From the human T2T-CHM13v2.0 reference genome, Homo sapiens: 64,000 bases of DNA. The position numbers and the translations under genes are program-made. Shown here one piece after another: positions 41,791 to 54,289 of the stretch (its first letter is position 1; the number at the start of each line of letters is the position of its first letter). The notes under the pieces are model-generated. The model was not told the DNA's origin. It ran no database searches and saw only the letters and a program-made list of their open reading frames with translations. Where the stretch lies: NCBI RefSeq assembly GCF_009914755.1, contig NC_060925.1; one strand, 5' to 3'.

Positions 41791-44128
41791 CTGTCAAGAA
41801 AACACAACCTTCTGATTCCAGCCGGGTTTAAAGAGTATATATCCTTTCATTGTTAAGAAAGTTAAAACTTATTCCCCAACCAAAATATTCGTACTCCACA
41901 GTTAGGAAAGGTTGCAATAATTTTGGATTAGTGTTTTCTAATGCAACAGCACTGTAATAAATACCAGAAATAAGAGTTCATGCTTAAGATACTATATATC
42001 ATAAGAATGTTACATTCTATCAATGTTTCTTCGTAGTTTATGGTTACCTGATAAATGTTGGACTTTTAGATTCCTCTCCATGTCCCAAACATCTATTACA
42101 CTTACACATTTTATACTTCTCTAATATTTTTGCAATACATTTTCCTGAATCATCTGATGACATTTAATAGAATGTTTAAAACACAATATAAAACCTTAAA
42201 TGCTTTTGCTTATTCCGGACGAAAAATGTGCACATAGATTGGATTTCAAATTAAAACCTACGATGGTGTACTCAACATTTTTGCTTCTGCTGTACATACT
42301 AAAATATAACTAAATGCTTCTTATGCAATACTGCAGCATCAGTACAAATAACAAGTTCTTGTACTTACAAGCAAGCTAGATGATTAGGAGCTATTAATGA
42401 AGGGAAACAAAACCACAGTGCTGGGATGTAATAGTCCATGAAATTCTTATTGGTAGAAAGGGAATCTGCAGTAAATAAATATTAACCTAAGTGCTATAGA
42501 AAACATAAAGCAAACAGGGAAAAATGTGTTCTTTAAGCTAAAATATAGGTTAAATATTGCTGACAATGTAAGGAAAGTCCATTTGCATACCACAGGGCTC
42601 CATCTGCTGTGGAAAACATAAGCTGCAAGAATGATTTAATATTTAATAGAAGTAGTAGCCGTTGTTAATTATAATTTGCACATTTACAAATCAGCACTGA
42701 TAGCAATACAAATTATGAAATATAAGGGTGTTCTGCTGGATACTAGGGAAAATAAGATGACAGACAAAGTTAATGGAGTATCCCTAACCACAGCTCTGTC
42801 AGAACACATCAGAGAACTAATCCAGTTACAAAGAGCCTGCAATGGAAAATCTATTTAAAATATTAAAATGCTGTTTGGTAAAAGCTTTTTCATAGTGCAT
42901 TTTACTTAAACAGTTGCTTATTGCTCATGGGTCATTAGCTGTACACCCAGATGCATTCTGCAAACTGCCATTTAAAAGAATAGTAGAAATTAAATAAGAA
43001 ATATATTTCTGCAGCATTTTTTCCTTGATATATAGTAAGAGTTTGCTGAATATCTAGGCTGGATATGAAAAAAAAAGTGTGTGATTACACAATAAGTGGA
43101 AAGCTGTGGAATTAAGCACTATACTTTGCCTACATTGAGCCATAAAACTCAACACAACTTTTCCCTCTAGACCTGATTTTATTCCCATTTATACTTACAT
43201 GCTAATAGTGATGATACAAATCGACTCTTATTTAGTAAGACAGAAATTACCATTGATTTTCTCATTAATCTTCTATTTCACCTCATTTCTCTCATCATCA
43301 TATAATATGGATTAGTGGTGGAAACATTTTATGCACAATGTTTTAATAGTAACTTTTGTTCTCTAAATCATGAAAACTGCTAATTTTAGCCTCTAGAATC
43401 ACTAATTTTCAAAACTGATCTTTTATTCAAACTTCCTCAATTTACTGTGATTAGCAAATCCTTGCTCCATGACCATTTATTTTTAATATATGCTAAAGAT
43501 GTTTCTGCACCTTAAAAAAAAATGTAGAACAAAGGCCATACCAAGCATGCAGTTTAAAATACATTAGCCTAAGCAAGTCAAATTGTTATAGATCACATTT
43601 AAATGTAAAATTGGATGTTGTCAAGGAACATCAGGAAAGAGCACATATTCAAGTCTATGTAAAGTATACTATCAAGGTATTTGTTGAGTTTAGGCAGACG
43701 TGAAAACTGGCAGTCTCTGGGTCAAGTACTTTCAGGAGATGTTTTTGTGGCTATCTTCATTTTTACATTTGAATTTGAATCTTTTAGACAGTTGCCCACT
43801 TGTTGTTATTGTCTTATTCTTAGCAACTTCATGCCTTTATGTTACCTACCTAACCCCTGTTAAGTATTATCCCTGGCTTAAAGAATTATTTTACGTATCT
43901 ATTAATATGCTACTTTATCTGTTTTTAGATATATTTTCCTTCAGCCAACACATTCGGCACATATATTCATGCTTACAATCCAGTAAATGATCCATGAGAT
44001 ATGAATTTCATTAATTTTGGACCTCAAATGGGCTATAATATTAGTCAAAAGGAGTTAAAAGCATCTGTGTACTAGCAATGGAAGCCTATCAGGAAAGTGT
44101 CTGTCTTCACCAGGACTCTAGGTTTAAA

Positions 44129-47128
44129 CAACCAAAAAAAAGTCCAGGACCAGACGAATTCACAGCCGAATTTGAACAAAGGTACAAAGAGGAGCTGGCA
44201 CCATTCCTTCTGAAACTACTCCAAAAAACAGAAAAAGAAGGAATCCTCCCTAACTCATTTTAAGAGGCTGCCATCATCCTAATACCATAACCTAGCAGAG
44301 ACACAATACAAAAAGAAAATTTCAGGCCAATATCCCTGATGAACGTTAATGTAAAACTCCTCAGTAAAATACTGGCAAACCGAATCCAGCAGCATATCAA
44401 AAAGCTTATACACCACGATCAAGTTGGCTTCATCCCTGGAATGCAAGGCTGGTTCAACACATGCAAATCAATAAACATAATCCATCACATAAACAGAACC
44501 AATGACAAAAACCACATGATTACCTTAATAGATATAGAAAAGGCCTTTGACAAAATTCAACAGCCCTTCATGCTAAAAACTCACAATAAACTAAGTATTG
44601 ATGGAACATATCTCAAAATAATAAGAGCTATTCATGACAAACCCACAGCCAATATCATACTGAATGGCAAAAACTGGAAACATTCTCTTTGAAAACCGGC
44701 ACAAGACAAGGATGCCCTCTCCCACCACTCCTATTCAATATAGTATTGGAAGTTCTGGCCAGGGCAATCAGGCAAGAGAAAGAAATAAAGGGTATTCAAT
44801 TAGGAAAAGAAGAAGTCAAATTATCTCTCTTTACAGATGACATAAATTGTATATTTAGAAAACCCCATCGTCTGGCTGGGCATGGTGGCTCACGCCTGTA
44901 ATCCCAGTACTCTGGGAGGCCGAGGCAGGCATATCTCAAGGTCAGGAGATCAAGACCATCCTGCTAACAAGGTGAAACCCTGTCTCTACTAAAAAAACAT
45001 ACAAAAAAAAAAATTAGCCAGGTGTGGTGGCGGGTGCTTGTAGCCCCAGCTACTCAGGAGGCTGAGGGAGGAGAATGGTGTGAACCCAGAAGAATGGAGC
45101 TTGCAGTGAGCCAAGATCACGCCACTGCACTCCAGCCTGGGCGACAGAGTGAGGATCCGTCTCAAAAAAAAAAAAAAAAAAAAAAGAGAAAAGAAAAGAA
45201 AAAAAAGAAAACCCCATTGTCTCAGCCCAAAATCTCCTTAAGCTGATAAGTAACCTCGGCAAAGTCTCAGGATACAAAATCAATATGCAAAAATCACAAG
45301 CATTCCTATATACAGATAACAGACAAACAGAGAGCCAAATCATGAGTGAATTCCCATTCATAATTGCTACAAAGAGAATAAAATACCTGGGAATCCAACT
45401 TACAAGGCATGTGAAGGACCTCTTCAAGGAGAACTACAAACCACTGCTCAATGAAATAAGAGAGGACACAAATGGAAAAACATTCCATGCCCATGGATAG
45501 GAAGAATCAATATCGTGAAAATGGCCATACTGCCCAAAGTAATTTATAGATTGAATGCTATCCCCATCAAGCTACCATTGACTTTCTTCACATAATTGGA
45601 AAAAAAAACACTTTAAATTTCATATGGAACCAAAAAAGAGCCCACATAGCCAAGACAATCCTAAGCAAAAAGAACAAAGCTGGAGGCATCACGCTACCTG
45701 ACTTCAAGCTATACTACAAGGCTACAGTAACCAAAACAGCATGGTACTGGTACCAAAACAGATATATAGACCAATGGAACAGAACAGAGGCTTCAGAAAT
45801 AACAACACATATCTACAATCATCTGATCATTGACAAACCTGACAAAAACAAGCAATGGGGAATGGATTCCCTATTTAATAAATGGTGTTGGAAAAACTGG
45901 CTAGCCATATGCAAAAAGCTGAAACTGGATCCCTTCCTTACATCTTATACAAAAATTAGCTCAAGATGTATTAAAGACTTAAACCTAAGATCTAAAACCA
46001 TAAAAAACCTAGAAGAAAACCTAGGCAATATTATTCAGGATATAGGCATGGGCAAAGACTTCATGTCTAAAACACCAAAAGCAATGGCAACCAAAGCCAA
46101 AATTGACAAATGGGATCTAATTAAACTAAAGAGCTTCTGCACAGCAAAAGAAACTATCAGCAGAGTGAAGAGGCAACCTACAGAATGGGAGAAAATTTTT
46201 GAAATCTATCCATCTGACAAAGAACTAATAACCAGAATCTGCAAAGAACTTAAATAAATTTACAAGAAAAAAACAAACAACCCCATCAAAAAGTGGGCAA
46301 TGGATATGAACAGACACTTCTCAAAAGAAGACATTTACGCAGCCAACAAATATGAAAAAAAACTCATCATCACTGGCCATTAGAAAATGCAAATCAAAAC
46401 CACAATGAGATACCATCTCACGCCAATTAGAATGGCGATCATTAAAAAGTCAGGAAACAACAGATGCTGGAGAGGATGTGGAGAAATAGGAACACTTTTA
46501 CACTGTTGGTGGGAATGTAAGTTAGTGCAAACATTGTGGAAAACAGTGTGGCAATTCCTCAAAGATCTAGAACCAGAAATACCATTTGACCCAGCAATCC
46601 CATTACTGAGTATATACCCAAAGGATTATAAATCATTCTACTATAAAGACACATGCACACACATGTTTATTGTGGCACTGTTCACAATAGCAAAGACTTG
46701 AAACCAACCCAAATGCCCATCAATGATAGACTGGATAAAGAAAATGTGGCACATATACACCATGGAATACTATGCAACCATAAAAAAGGATGAGTTCACG
46801 TCCTTTGCAGGCACATGGATGAAGCTGGAAACCATCATTCTCACCAAACTATCACAAGAACAGAAAACCAAATACTGCATGTTCTCACTCATAAGTGGGA
46901 GTTGAACAATGAGAACACGTGGACATGGAGTGGGGGAGCATCACACAGTGGGCCCTATCGGGGGGTAGGAGACTCGGGGAGGGATAGCATTAGGAGAGAT
47001 ACATAATGTAGATGATGGGTTGATGGGTGCAGCAAACCACCATGGCACGTGTATACCTATGTAACAAACCGGCATGTTCTGCACATGTACCCCAGAACTT
47101 AAAGTATAATTAACAACAACAACAAAAA
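44129..47128 (+). mobile_element. 5'-truncated L1 (L1PA7-like), inactivated ORF2 RT domain and C-terminus, interrupted by AluY
   Basis: ORF fragments [42 protein letters not shown] (normally FADD), [18 protein letters not shown], with stops and frameshifts; L1PA7-type 3'UTR; short TSD aaaca (44126-44130 / 47129-47133). Confidence 0.97.
44874..45205 (+). mobile_element. AluY inserted in L1 ORF2
   Basis: AluY diagnostics (ggagatcaagaccatcct, ggagaatggtgtgaaccc, ggagcttgcagtg), long A tail; 17-bp TSD agaaaaccccat(c/t)gtct at 44857-44873 and 45206-45222. Confidence 0.96.
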
Positions 47129-47289
47129 AAACAGTTTCATCGTTTCTCCTGAGAATTAGCCTATAGACCTGCTGTCACTCAGGTCACAATTTCAGATATA
47201 TATTCTTCCTGTGGCCAGAGAAACCTGAAGCTGACATATTATATTACAGTGGTACCAACTTCTATTCAACAGTACCCACCAGGAGCAAG

Positions 47290-47595
47290 TACAAGTTCTT
47301 TCTGCAGGAAGGTACCCCCAAGTTAGGCCCCCAAGATTCTCAAAGAAGTTCAACAAAGTATGAGCTCATAATACAATAAAATTACTATGCACATGAAGAA
47401 AGACTCCACAGTGTATGTGAAGAAAAACTCCACAAGTTTAAACCCCTAAGCCTGTGGAGTTCTAAAAATATTAAATAAAATAAAATAATTATGAATAAAA
47501 TATTTTAAAAAGAAAAAAAATCAAGATACATGAGCAATGACCAAGAGACTATCAAACATGACCAGTTAGATTTGGAAAATAAATGTTTTGAAATA

Positions 47596-47632
<37 letters not shown>

Positions 47633-49740
47633 GAATTTTTAAAAATTAGTGGAAGGGAATTCTGTTTACAATAATGGTAGACTAGATATTTCAGATCAAC
47701 CCTTAAAGCAACTAATACATGTGGGCAAATGTTTTAAATAATATGTTTCAATTCATTGAAAATATAAAATGAAGTCAAAATTCAGAAAATGATAAACACC
47801 CAGAGAAATCACCCTACATTTGAGCCTACTTTCCCCTATGGGCCTCTACTGTTTTTAAAACAAAGGCTGAGCAGAGCAGCTTCGCAGACTCATGATAGAT
47901 GGAGAGAAACTCAAGTTCAGAGCCTGCCAAGCAAGAGGGACTGGCAAATCTCCTAAACTTTCAAATAAAGATGAACAAAACAAAAATAGCCTCAAATGAA
48001 CTAAATCCTTATTTAAACTAAAGGAAACCTTGATTGCTAGTGCCCTTAGCCACCTGTCAAAAATAAAAATAAATTTTCTTTGGTGGAAGTTAACACATAC
48101 TCTAAGTCTCAAATTACCTTTACTTTTTTAACACAGTGATTAGTAGTTAGAAATATAAGCAAGCAATATAATGTAATCAAAACCCAAGAGAAATAATAGA
48201 ACATAGAAACAGATCCACAGGGAATTTAGATAATACAGTTATCAGCTAAGAACTCAAAAATATGCTTAATATTTTCAAAAATATAAAAAACAAGATTGGC
48301 AATTTTGACAGCTTCAAACTATAAAAACTGGAAATTCTGGAACACATAAATATACTAACTGCACTTAAGAACTCAATGGCTGGGATTAACTACAAAATAC
48401 ACAGAACTAAAGGGACCATTGATGACTTAGAATATAAACATATACCCAAGATACATGAGAAGATATATCAATATGTCAATAGAAATGTTGTCAATAGGCA
48501 ACATAATGTCAATAGGCAAAAATATGTCAATAGAACATATCCCAGATAAAGCTGACAGCAAAAAGAATAGGATGAAAAAAAAATAAGAGTATAAGAAAAA
48601 TAGATAATACAATTAAAATTTTTAGTCTACACATAAAGTCCAAGAAGAGATAAGAATGAGAAAGAAGCAGAAAAGATGCTTTTCTTTTTGCATTTTGAAA
48701 AAAAAATTCAAGCAAGATAAATATTAAGGACATCACATCTAGGCATACCAAAGGTCCTATAGCCAGCTAGAGGAAAAATATATACTAATCTTCAAAGGAC
48801 ATAAATGAGCAGAGCAGCTGATGGCTGACTTTCTCACAGAACAAGTCAAATCTAGAAGACAATGAAATAATTTTCAAAATGCCAAAAGAAAATAACCAGT
48901 GTTATAAAATTTTAAACTCAAGGAAAAGAGTCCTCAAAAATAAAAACTAAAAAAAAATGTTCAGACAAGAAAAAAATTAACTCAAATCTGAACTAAATGC
49001 AATATGAAAGGTATTCTTCAGGCAGAAAAAAATATTCCAGATGGAATTGAAATATATTTTTAAATGCTTATGTAAGTTGAGAAAATACCATGTTCATGGA
49101 TCAGATAGCTTAATATACTTAAGATAGCAGTTCTCCTCAAAATTAATCTTAGACAATAAAACTTCACTTAAAATTTAAATAAATATTTTTAAAATTTAGC
49201 AAGTTAACTCTAAAATGTATGTGATTAAAGTGCTAAGAACAGCCAAGAAGACACTTTCAAGGGGAGGGGATTTGTTCAACGAAACACCACAAGCAAGTGA
49301 AAACGAATAAATAACAGATATGTCAGTGAATCTTAGGATTCTAATTTTGAAAGAACGAAAAGCAAGTTGTGAAAGGCTAACTAGAGTATTATGCTATTTT
49401 TTATAAAGTTCAAAAACTTGCAGAGTTAGACAACACATTGAAGATGATTGATACACAGATAGATGTGCTTTACATATACAACCCTATATGTATTTCATAT
49501 GTATGTATATATGTATATCATATATGTATATAATATAAAGAAAAACAAAGTAATGATGAATATCAAATTCAGAGTTTTGTTTACACCTAACCAGAAGGAA
49601 AAAGAATTCACTCAAGAGAGACAAAGACAACTTCCATACTATTCAACCACTTTATGCAATGAGTTATTTTTATAGGTTATGATATACATAAATATGTCAC
49701 ATTATTTTGTATATCAAATATCATATAATAATATTATTTA
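47290..49740 (+). mobile_element. Composite of ancient HAL1 and L1ME fragments (5'UTR/ORF1, short ORF2 piece, 3' end)
   Basis: HAL1-like atgagctcata..aaaattac..acatgaagaa...caagagactatcaaacatgaccag; A-rich ORF1-like sequence (aagaactcaatggctgggattaac; ggctgactttctcacagaac); ORF2-like ataccatgttcatggat at ~49085. Confidence 0.7.
47598..47629. repeat. (AC)16 microsatellite
   Basis: Uninterrupted acacac... run. Confidence 0.95.
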
Positions 49741-49927
49741 AGAATTATTGGTAGGAAAAGAAGAAGAAATGCAACCATATAGTAACTCAGTTTAAAGAAA
49801 TGTCAAAAATAAAAAAGTAAAAGCTTAAATTTTTTTTGCTAACTTGGTTGCCAAACTTCTTCAAATAATTGCATGATTTTCCTCACTGCATTGAATTGAT
49901 TGATCAAGTTTCTAGAAGTAACAGTAT

Positions 49928-50740
49928 TGTTATGGATTGAATTTTGTCCTCCCCCCAACATCCCCAAAAAGATATGTTGAAGTTCTAACCCCCAATACAT
50001 CGAAATGTGACTTTATTTGGAAACAGGGTTCATATAGAAGTAATCAAATTTTGTTTTTTGTTCTTTTTGTTGTTGTTGGGTTTTGCTTGTTGGTTTTTGG
50101 AGACAGGGTCTCCTTCTGTCACCCAGGCTAGAGTGTAGTGGTGCCATCTGGACTTACTGAAACCTCTGCCTCCCGGGCTCAAGCGATCCTTCTGCCTCAG
50201 CCTCCCTAGTAGTTGGGACTACAAGTGTGCATCACTGCACTTGGAAATTTTTGTTTTTTAATTTTTTTGTAGAGATGGGGTCTTGGCATGTTGCTCAGGC
50301 TTGTCTTGAACTCCTGGGACTCAAGCGATCCACCCACCTCGCCTCCCAAAGTGCTGGGATTACAGGCATGAGTCACTGTGACTACCCAGAAGTAATCAAA
50401 TTAAAATGAAGTTATTAGGGTGGGCATTAATCCAATACAACTGGTGTTGTATTGGAAAGGGGAAATTTGGACACAAGACAGAAGCACACTGAGGGAAGAC
50501 AACATAAAGAGACACAGGGAGAAGACACCCATTTGTAAGACAAAGAATGCCTGAAGTTACAGGAACCTGGGAGAGAGGCCTCAAACATATCTTTTTCCTA
50601 GAGGTTTCAGAGGAAGCACAAGCTTGTAAACACCTTGATTTTGGACTTTCAGCCTCCAGAACTGCAGACAATAAATTTCTGTTCTTTTAAGCCATACAGT
50701 TTGTAGTAATTTGCTATAGCAGCTGTAGCAAACTAATGCA
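49928..50740 (+). mobile_element. MaLR solo LTR (MLT1B/MLT1C-like) interrupted by AluJ
   Basis: tgttatggattgaatt start; gatatgttgaagttctaaccccc; caccttgattttggactttcagcctccagaactgcagacaataaatttctg; gcaaactaatgca end. Confidence 0.9.
50051..50387 (-). mobile_element. AluJb-like
   Basis: gagacagggtctc, gggctcaagcgatcc in both arms (J diagnostics); perfect 15-bp TSD agaagtaatcaaatt at 50036-50050 and 50388-50402. Confidence 0.95.
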
Positions 50741-51564
50741 ATCTTGATGTTTTTGAAATAATAATGCTTTAATCCCAGTAATTTCCAAGTGCAATTTTAT
50801 AATAATGTATATGACAAAATTAGCAAATTATTTTCAAGCAACTTAAAATCAACTTTAAATCATTTGAAATATGACATGGTCACTAGATTACAGATAGTAA
50901 CATGAAGTGAGCAACAGGAATGTACAGAATTTTTTTGAAAGTTGAGATCACTGGTGTAGAATCAGCTGAAGTTTTGAAAAATATAATGTGTTTTAACAAA
51001 AGGGCCAGCCTCAAAGGTTGCCAATTTGGTGTTTATTGTCATTGTAATGACTGCATCCAATCCCTGGGATTCTGTTGGTGGTCTTCCAGCAGATGCTATT
51101 CTGGATGATTCAGTGCTAATGTGGTAATTTAGAATAAATCTGTGTGCCAAGTAATAAATTATAAGAACTATATCATTTGAAATTCAACTTTATTTAACCA
51201 ATGGTAAACAAGTTTGCTTAGATTTTTTCCTTGGATTTATAAAAACAACTGTTTGTAGCATGTAGGGCAGTTAAGAACACATTTAATTTTGTCTGTTAAA
51301 TGAAATTTAATAATTTAAGTTTCTTTGTAGACTGCAAAAATGAGTTACAAATTTTTAAAATGTGTTATTATTATAATAACTATAAAATTATCAGAGAAGC
51401 TCACAAAGTGAGACTCCCTCCAAAAAAGAATCAGCCTGATGTTTAGGGCAATGTTAATGAATGAATCATATCAACTACTTTGTTTCTTAGATTCACTGTC
51501 TGAAAATATAGTATAAAAGCAATTCCTCCCCCAAAAAAAACTTCAAGTCTTTTGAAAACTGATA

Positions 51565-51720
51565 CACTTGGTGATTCTGCATGCATGTGGCCTCAGTTTT
51601 TTCATCTGGTAAGTAGAGATATAACTTCATTGCTTTCCCATGGTTATTATGAAGACAAATTAATAACTCTTAAAAATACTTGGCAAATATAAAGTGACCC
51701 ATGTATGTTCAACATTAGTA
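51565..51720 (+). mobile_element. MIR fragment
   Basis: ggcctcagttttttcatctggtaagtagagatataac...tggttattatgaagacaaat. Confidence 0.65.
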
Positions 51721-52084
51721 TTTGTGGAATAAAATGCCTAACCTGAGGCCTAACAACTAGGTATTTTTTATCCTTTCCACACTAGGGAATAGGACAACTT
51801 TCAGAAGGGTGTATGGAATATATTACTGGTTCCCATTTCACTTTGGTATGAAAATGAAATAAATCCATTCTTGACTTAAATTAATTCAAAACAACTTCCA
51901 AAATCTCTACCAAAATTGCCCTGTGTTCTTAGACTAATTTACAATCATTATAATACATTAATAATATTTAATATTTCCCCCCCCACCTTCCCCATAATTT
52001 TATTATTACTTTAACCAGTATTTTATGCAACTTCCTCTACTAAGAAAAGATACAAGAAGTAAGGCTGTATTTGGACTCAGTATT

Positions 52085-52560
52085 GAAAGCAAGCTTATAG
52101 ATCATCTCATTTAACTCACCATCCTTACGGGATTTCATTTAGTGACATCTCAGACAAGTGGCCATCTGTGTAGACTTTGAACACTCTCAGTAAAAAGGCC
52201 TTTATTGTAGAGATGATGGAAACTTCCTGAATTGTTTATAGAATAACCAATTAAAAATTCTTTCTCTGATTTTGGGTCCAAATTTGCCTCACCAGGATTT
52301 GTGCCTATTGATGCTGTTCTGCCCTCTGGACCAAAAAAGAACAAATCTATTTACTCTTTTGTGATCTTTCAAAATTTCAAAATTGTTCAGATTTTTCTCA
52401 CAGTCATCTCTTGTCTAGCTCTGATGCAGCACAGTTTCTGCAACATCGTCAGTGGTATTCTCAGAGCAAGCTCTAGCTTGTAGACGACCCTCTACACATA
52501 AGGTACACAGAACCGAATATTCCATTCAACTTCACAGGTGGTTAGGCAAGACTGTTTTCA
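52085..52560 (-). mobile_element. L3/CR1 LINE fragment
   Basis: caaatttgcctc..cctattgatgctgttctgccctctggaccaaaaaagaacaaatcta is the antisense CR1 ORF2 end. Confidence 0.6.
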
Positions 52561-53138
52561 GGAAGTGTTGCCCCTGTGATCTCTTTGCACTGATGTACAA
52601 TAAAACATTTGATTAGCTTTTTAGCAGCAATGTCACCGACAGTTACACAGATCTCATGGGCAACTACAACTCTCCAAGAACTTTCCAGTGATCTCCAGCC
52701 AAGGCCAGTTGCTCCAATGCCATCATAGTTTGTTTTGTGAACCTACATTCGTTTTGTTTTGACAGTTTTGACTCAGAAGTTATATATTTCCATGTTCATG
52801 TTTACTTTGATGTAGCATGCTATCTAATAAAACTCTGTTTTACTGACTATAACTTTGATAAGCCAGCTTTGCATTAGTTAGTCCTGCCATCCAGGGCCCT
52901 ACCACCTGTTCCTAGAAAATTTTATTCACCTTGACACAGTTCCAGTTTGCTCATAATTACAAAAGCCAACTTTGAGTCCATCTAACTGTACAACTTCCAG
53001 CCCACATTTTTCGACTTCTCCACATATACTGATTTTTATGTGCTAATTTCCTAAAATGAAGATTCCCCATACTTATGAGAGCTCTTAAACCTATTACAAC
53101 TAATAATAATCATTCTCTAAATGAGTACTAGCTTAGCA

Positions 53139-53443
53139 TTTTTTTTTTTTTTGAGACCAGGTCTCACTCTGTCACCCAAGCTGGTGTGTAGTGGCATGAT
53201 CTCAGCTAACTGGCTAACTTCAGCCTCCACCTCCGTGGCTCAAGCAATCCTCCCACCTCAGCCTCCTGAGTAGCTGGGATTATAGGCGCATGCCACCACA
53301 CTGGGCGAATTTTTTGTATTTTTGGTGGAGACACAGTTTTGCCATGTTGCCCAGGCTAGTCTCTAACTCCTGCACTCAAGTGATCTGCATGCCTCGGCCT
53401 CCCAAAATGCTGGGAATACCCACATGAGGCACCATGCCCTGCT
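53139..53443 (-). mobile_element. AluJb-like
   Basis: Poly(T), gagaccaggtctc, ggctcaagcaatcctcccacctcagcc; TSD core tactagctt at 53126-53134 and 53446-53454. Confidence 0.93.
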
Positions 53444-53610
53444 ACTACTAGCTTCTTTAAGAGGCCTACTCTGTTACATCTAGGCTTAAGTTCTGTATCA
53501 TATAATTTGTCACTTAATTATTGATTGTTGTGTGATCAGAGACCTTTATATTTTATTTATCTTTTCATTCTGGATGCCTTTGCAGTATTTATACTAAATT
53601 TTATTTAATT

Positions 53611-53697
53611 GAGGAGGAAAGGAAGGCAGGAAGGAAGGAACAAGGAAAGGAAGAAGGGAGAAAAGGAGAAAGGGAGGGAGGAAGGGAAGGGATGAAA
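53611..53697. repeat. GA-rich polypurine low-complexity tract
   Basis: gaggaggaaaggaaggcaggaaggaaggaacaaggaaaggaagaagggag... Confidence 0.9.
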
Positions 53698-54289
53698 GTC
53701 ATCTTTTCATTTAGGTTGTAAGCACTGAAAAGTAAGAAACCACCCACTATACATTGTCTCTTGGCCTTTCAAAATTTTTAAAACTCATCTCAGAACTCAT
53801 CTCAATATTAAATCCACAGTCAGAAATCTACATCTCACATAATGACTAAGAGCAAACCTGTGGAGACCATTGAGGATGGAGCTAATATCATCTATGGACC
53901 AATATAAGTGAATACAAGAAGATAATAAGAAAAAGTTGAATGAATTAAAGTATTATAGCAGTTTGTTAGCAGATGAACAAACCTACAAGGCAGTGAAATA
54001 GCTCTCCAGGTATCCTGTAAGAGTTTTGACAAAATCGAGAGCATATTGAATCAATCTTTAAGATACTCAGCTGCTGACACACAGGAAAAGGAAAGGTTGC
54101 TCATGAAGATTGATTAGCTAGCAGGCTCCATACCTGGTGAATGAAAAGAGGTATTAATGAGCCCAAAGTAGAAGGAAACCTCTGTCCTGGAGTTAAGGTT
54201 GGGGAGAAAGGTCAATGAAGGAAATGAGGTGAACCAAGAGGGCCAATCAATTGCAGGTCACAGTGGATCAATTACAGCCCATCTATGAC

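Noticed and set aside
44078-47006. Cluster of reverse-transcriptase-like ORFs as a novel RT system
   Set aside because: Ordinary degraded L1PA7 ORF2 with frameshifts, stops, a mutated FADD motif and an Alu insertion; no ORF1 or promoter.
47394-47434. 17-bp direct repeat tgaagaaa(g/a)actccaca, period 24
   Set aside because: Small slippage duplication within a HAL1-like relic; no sign of function.
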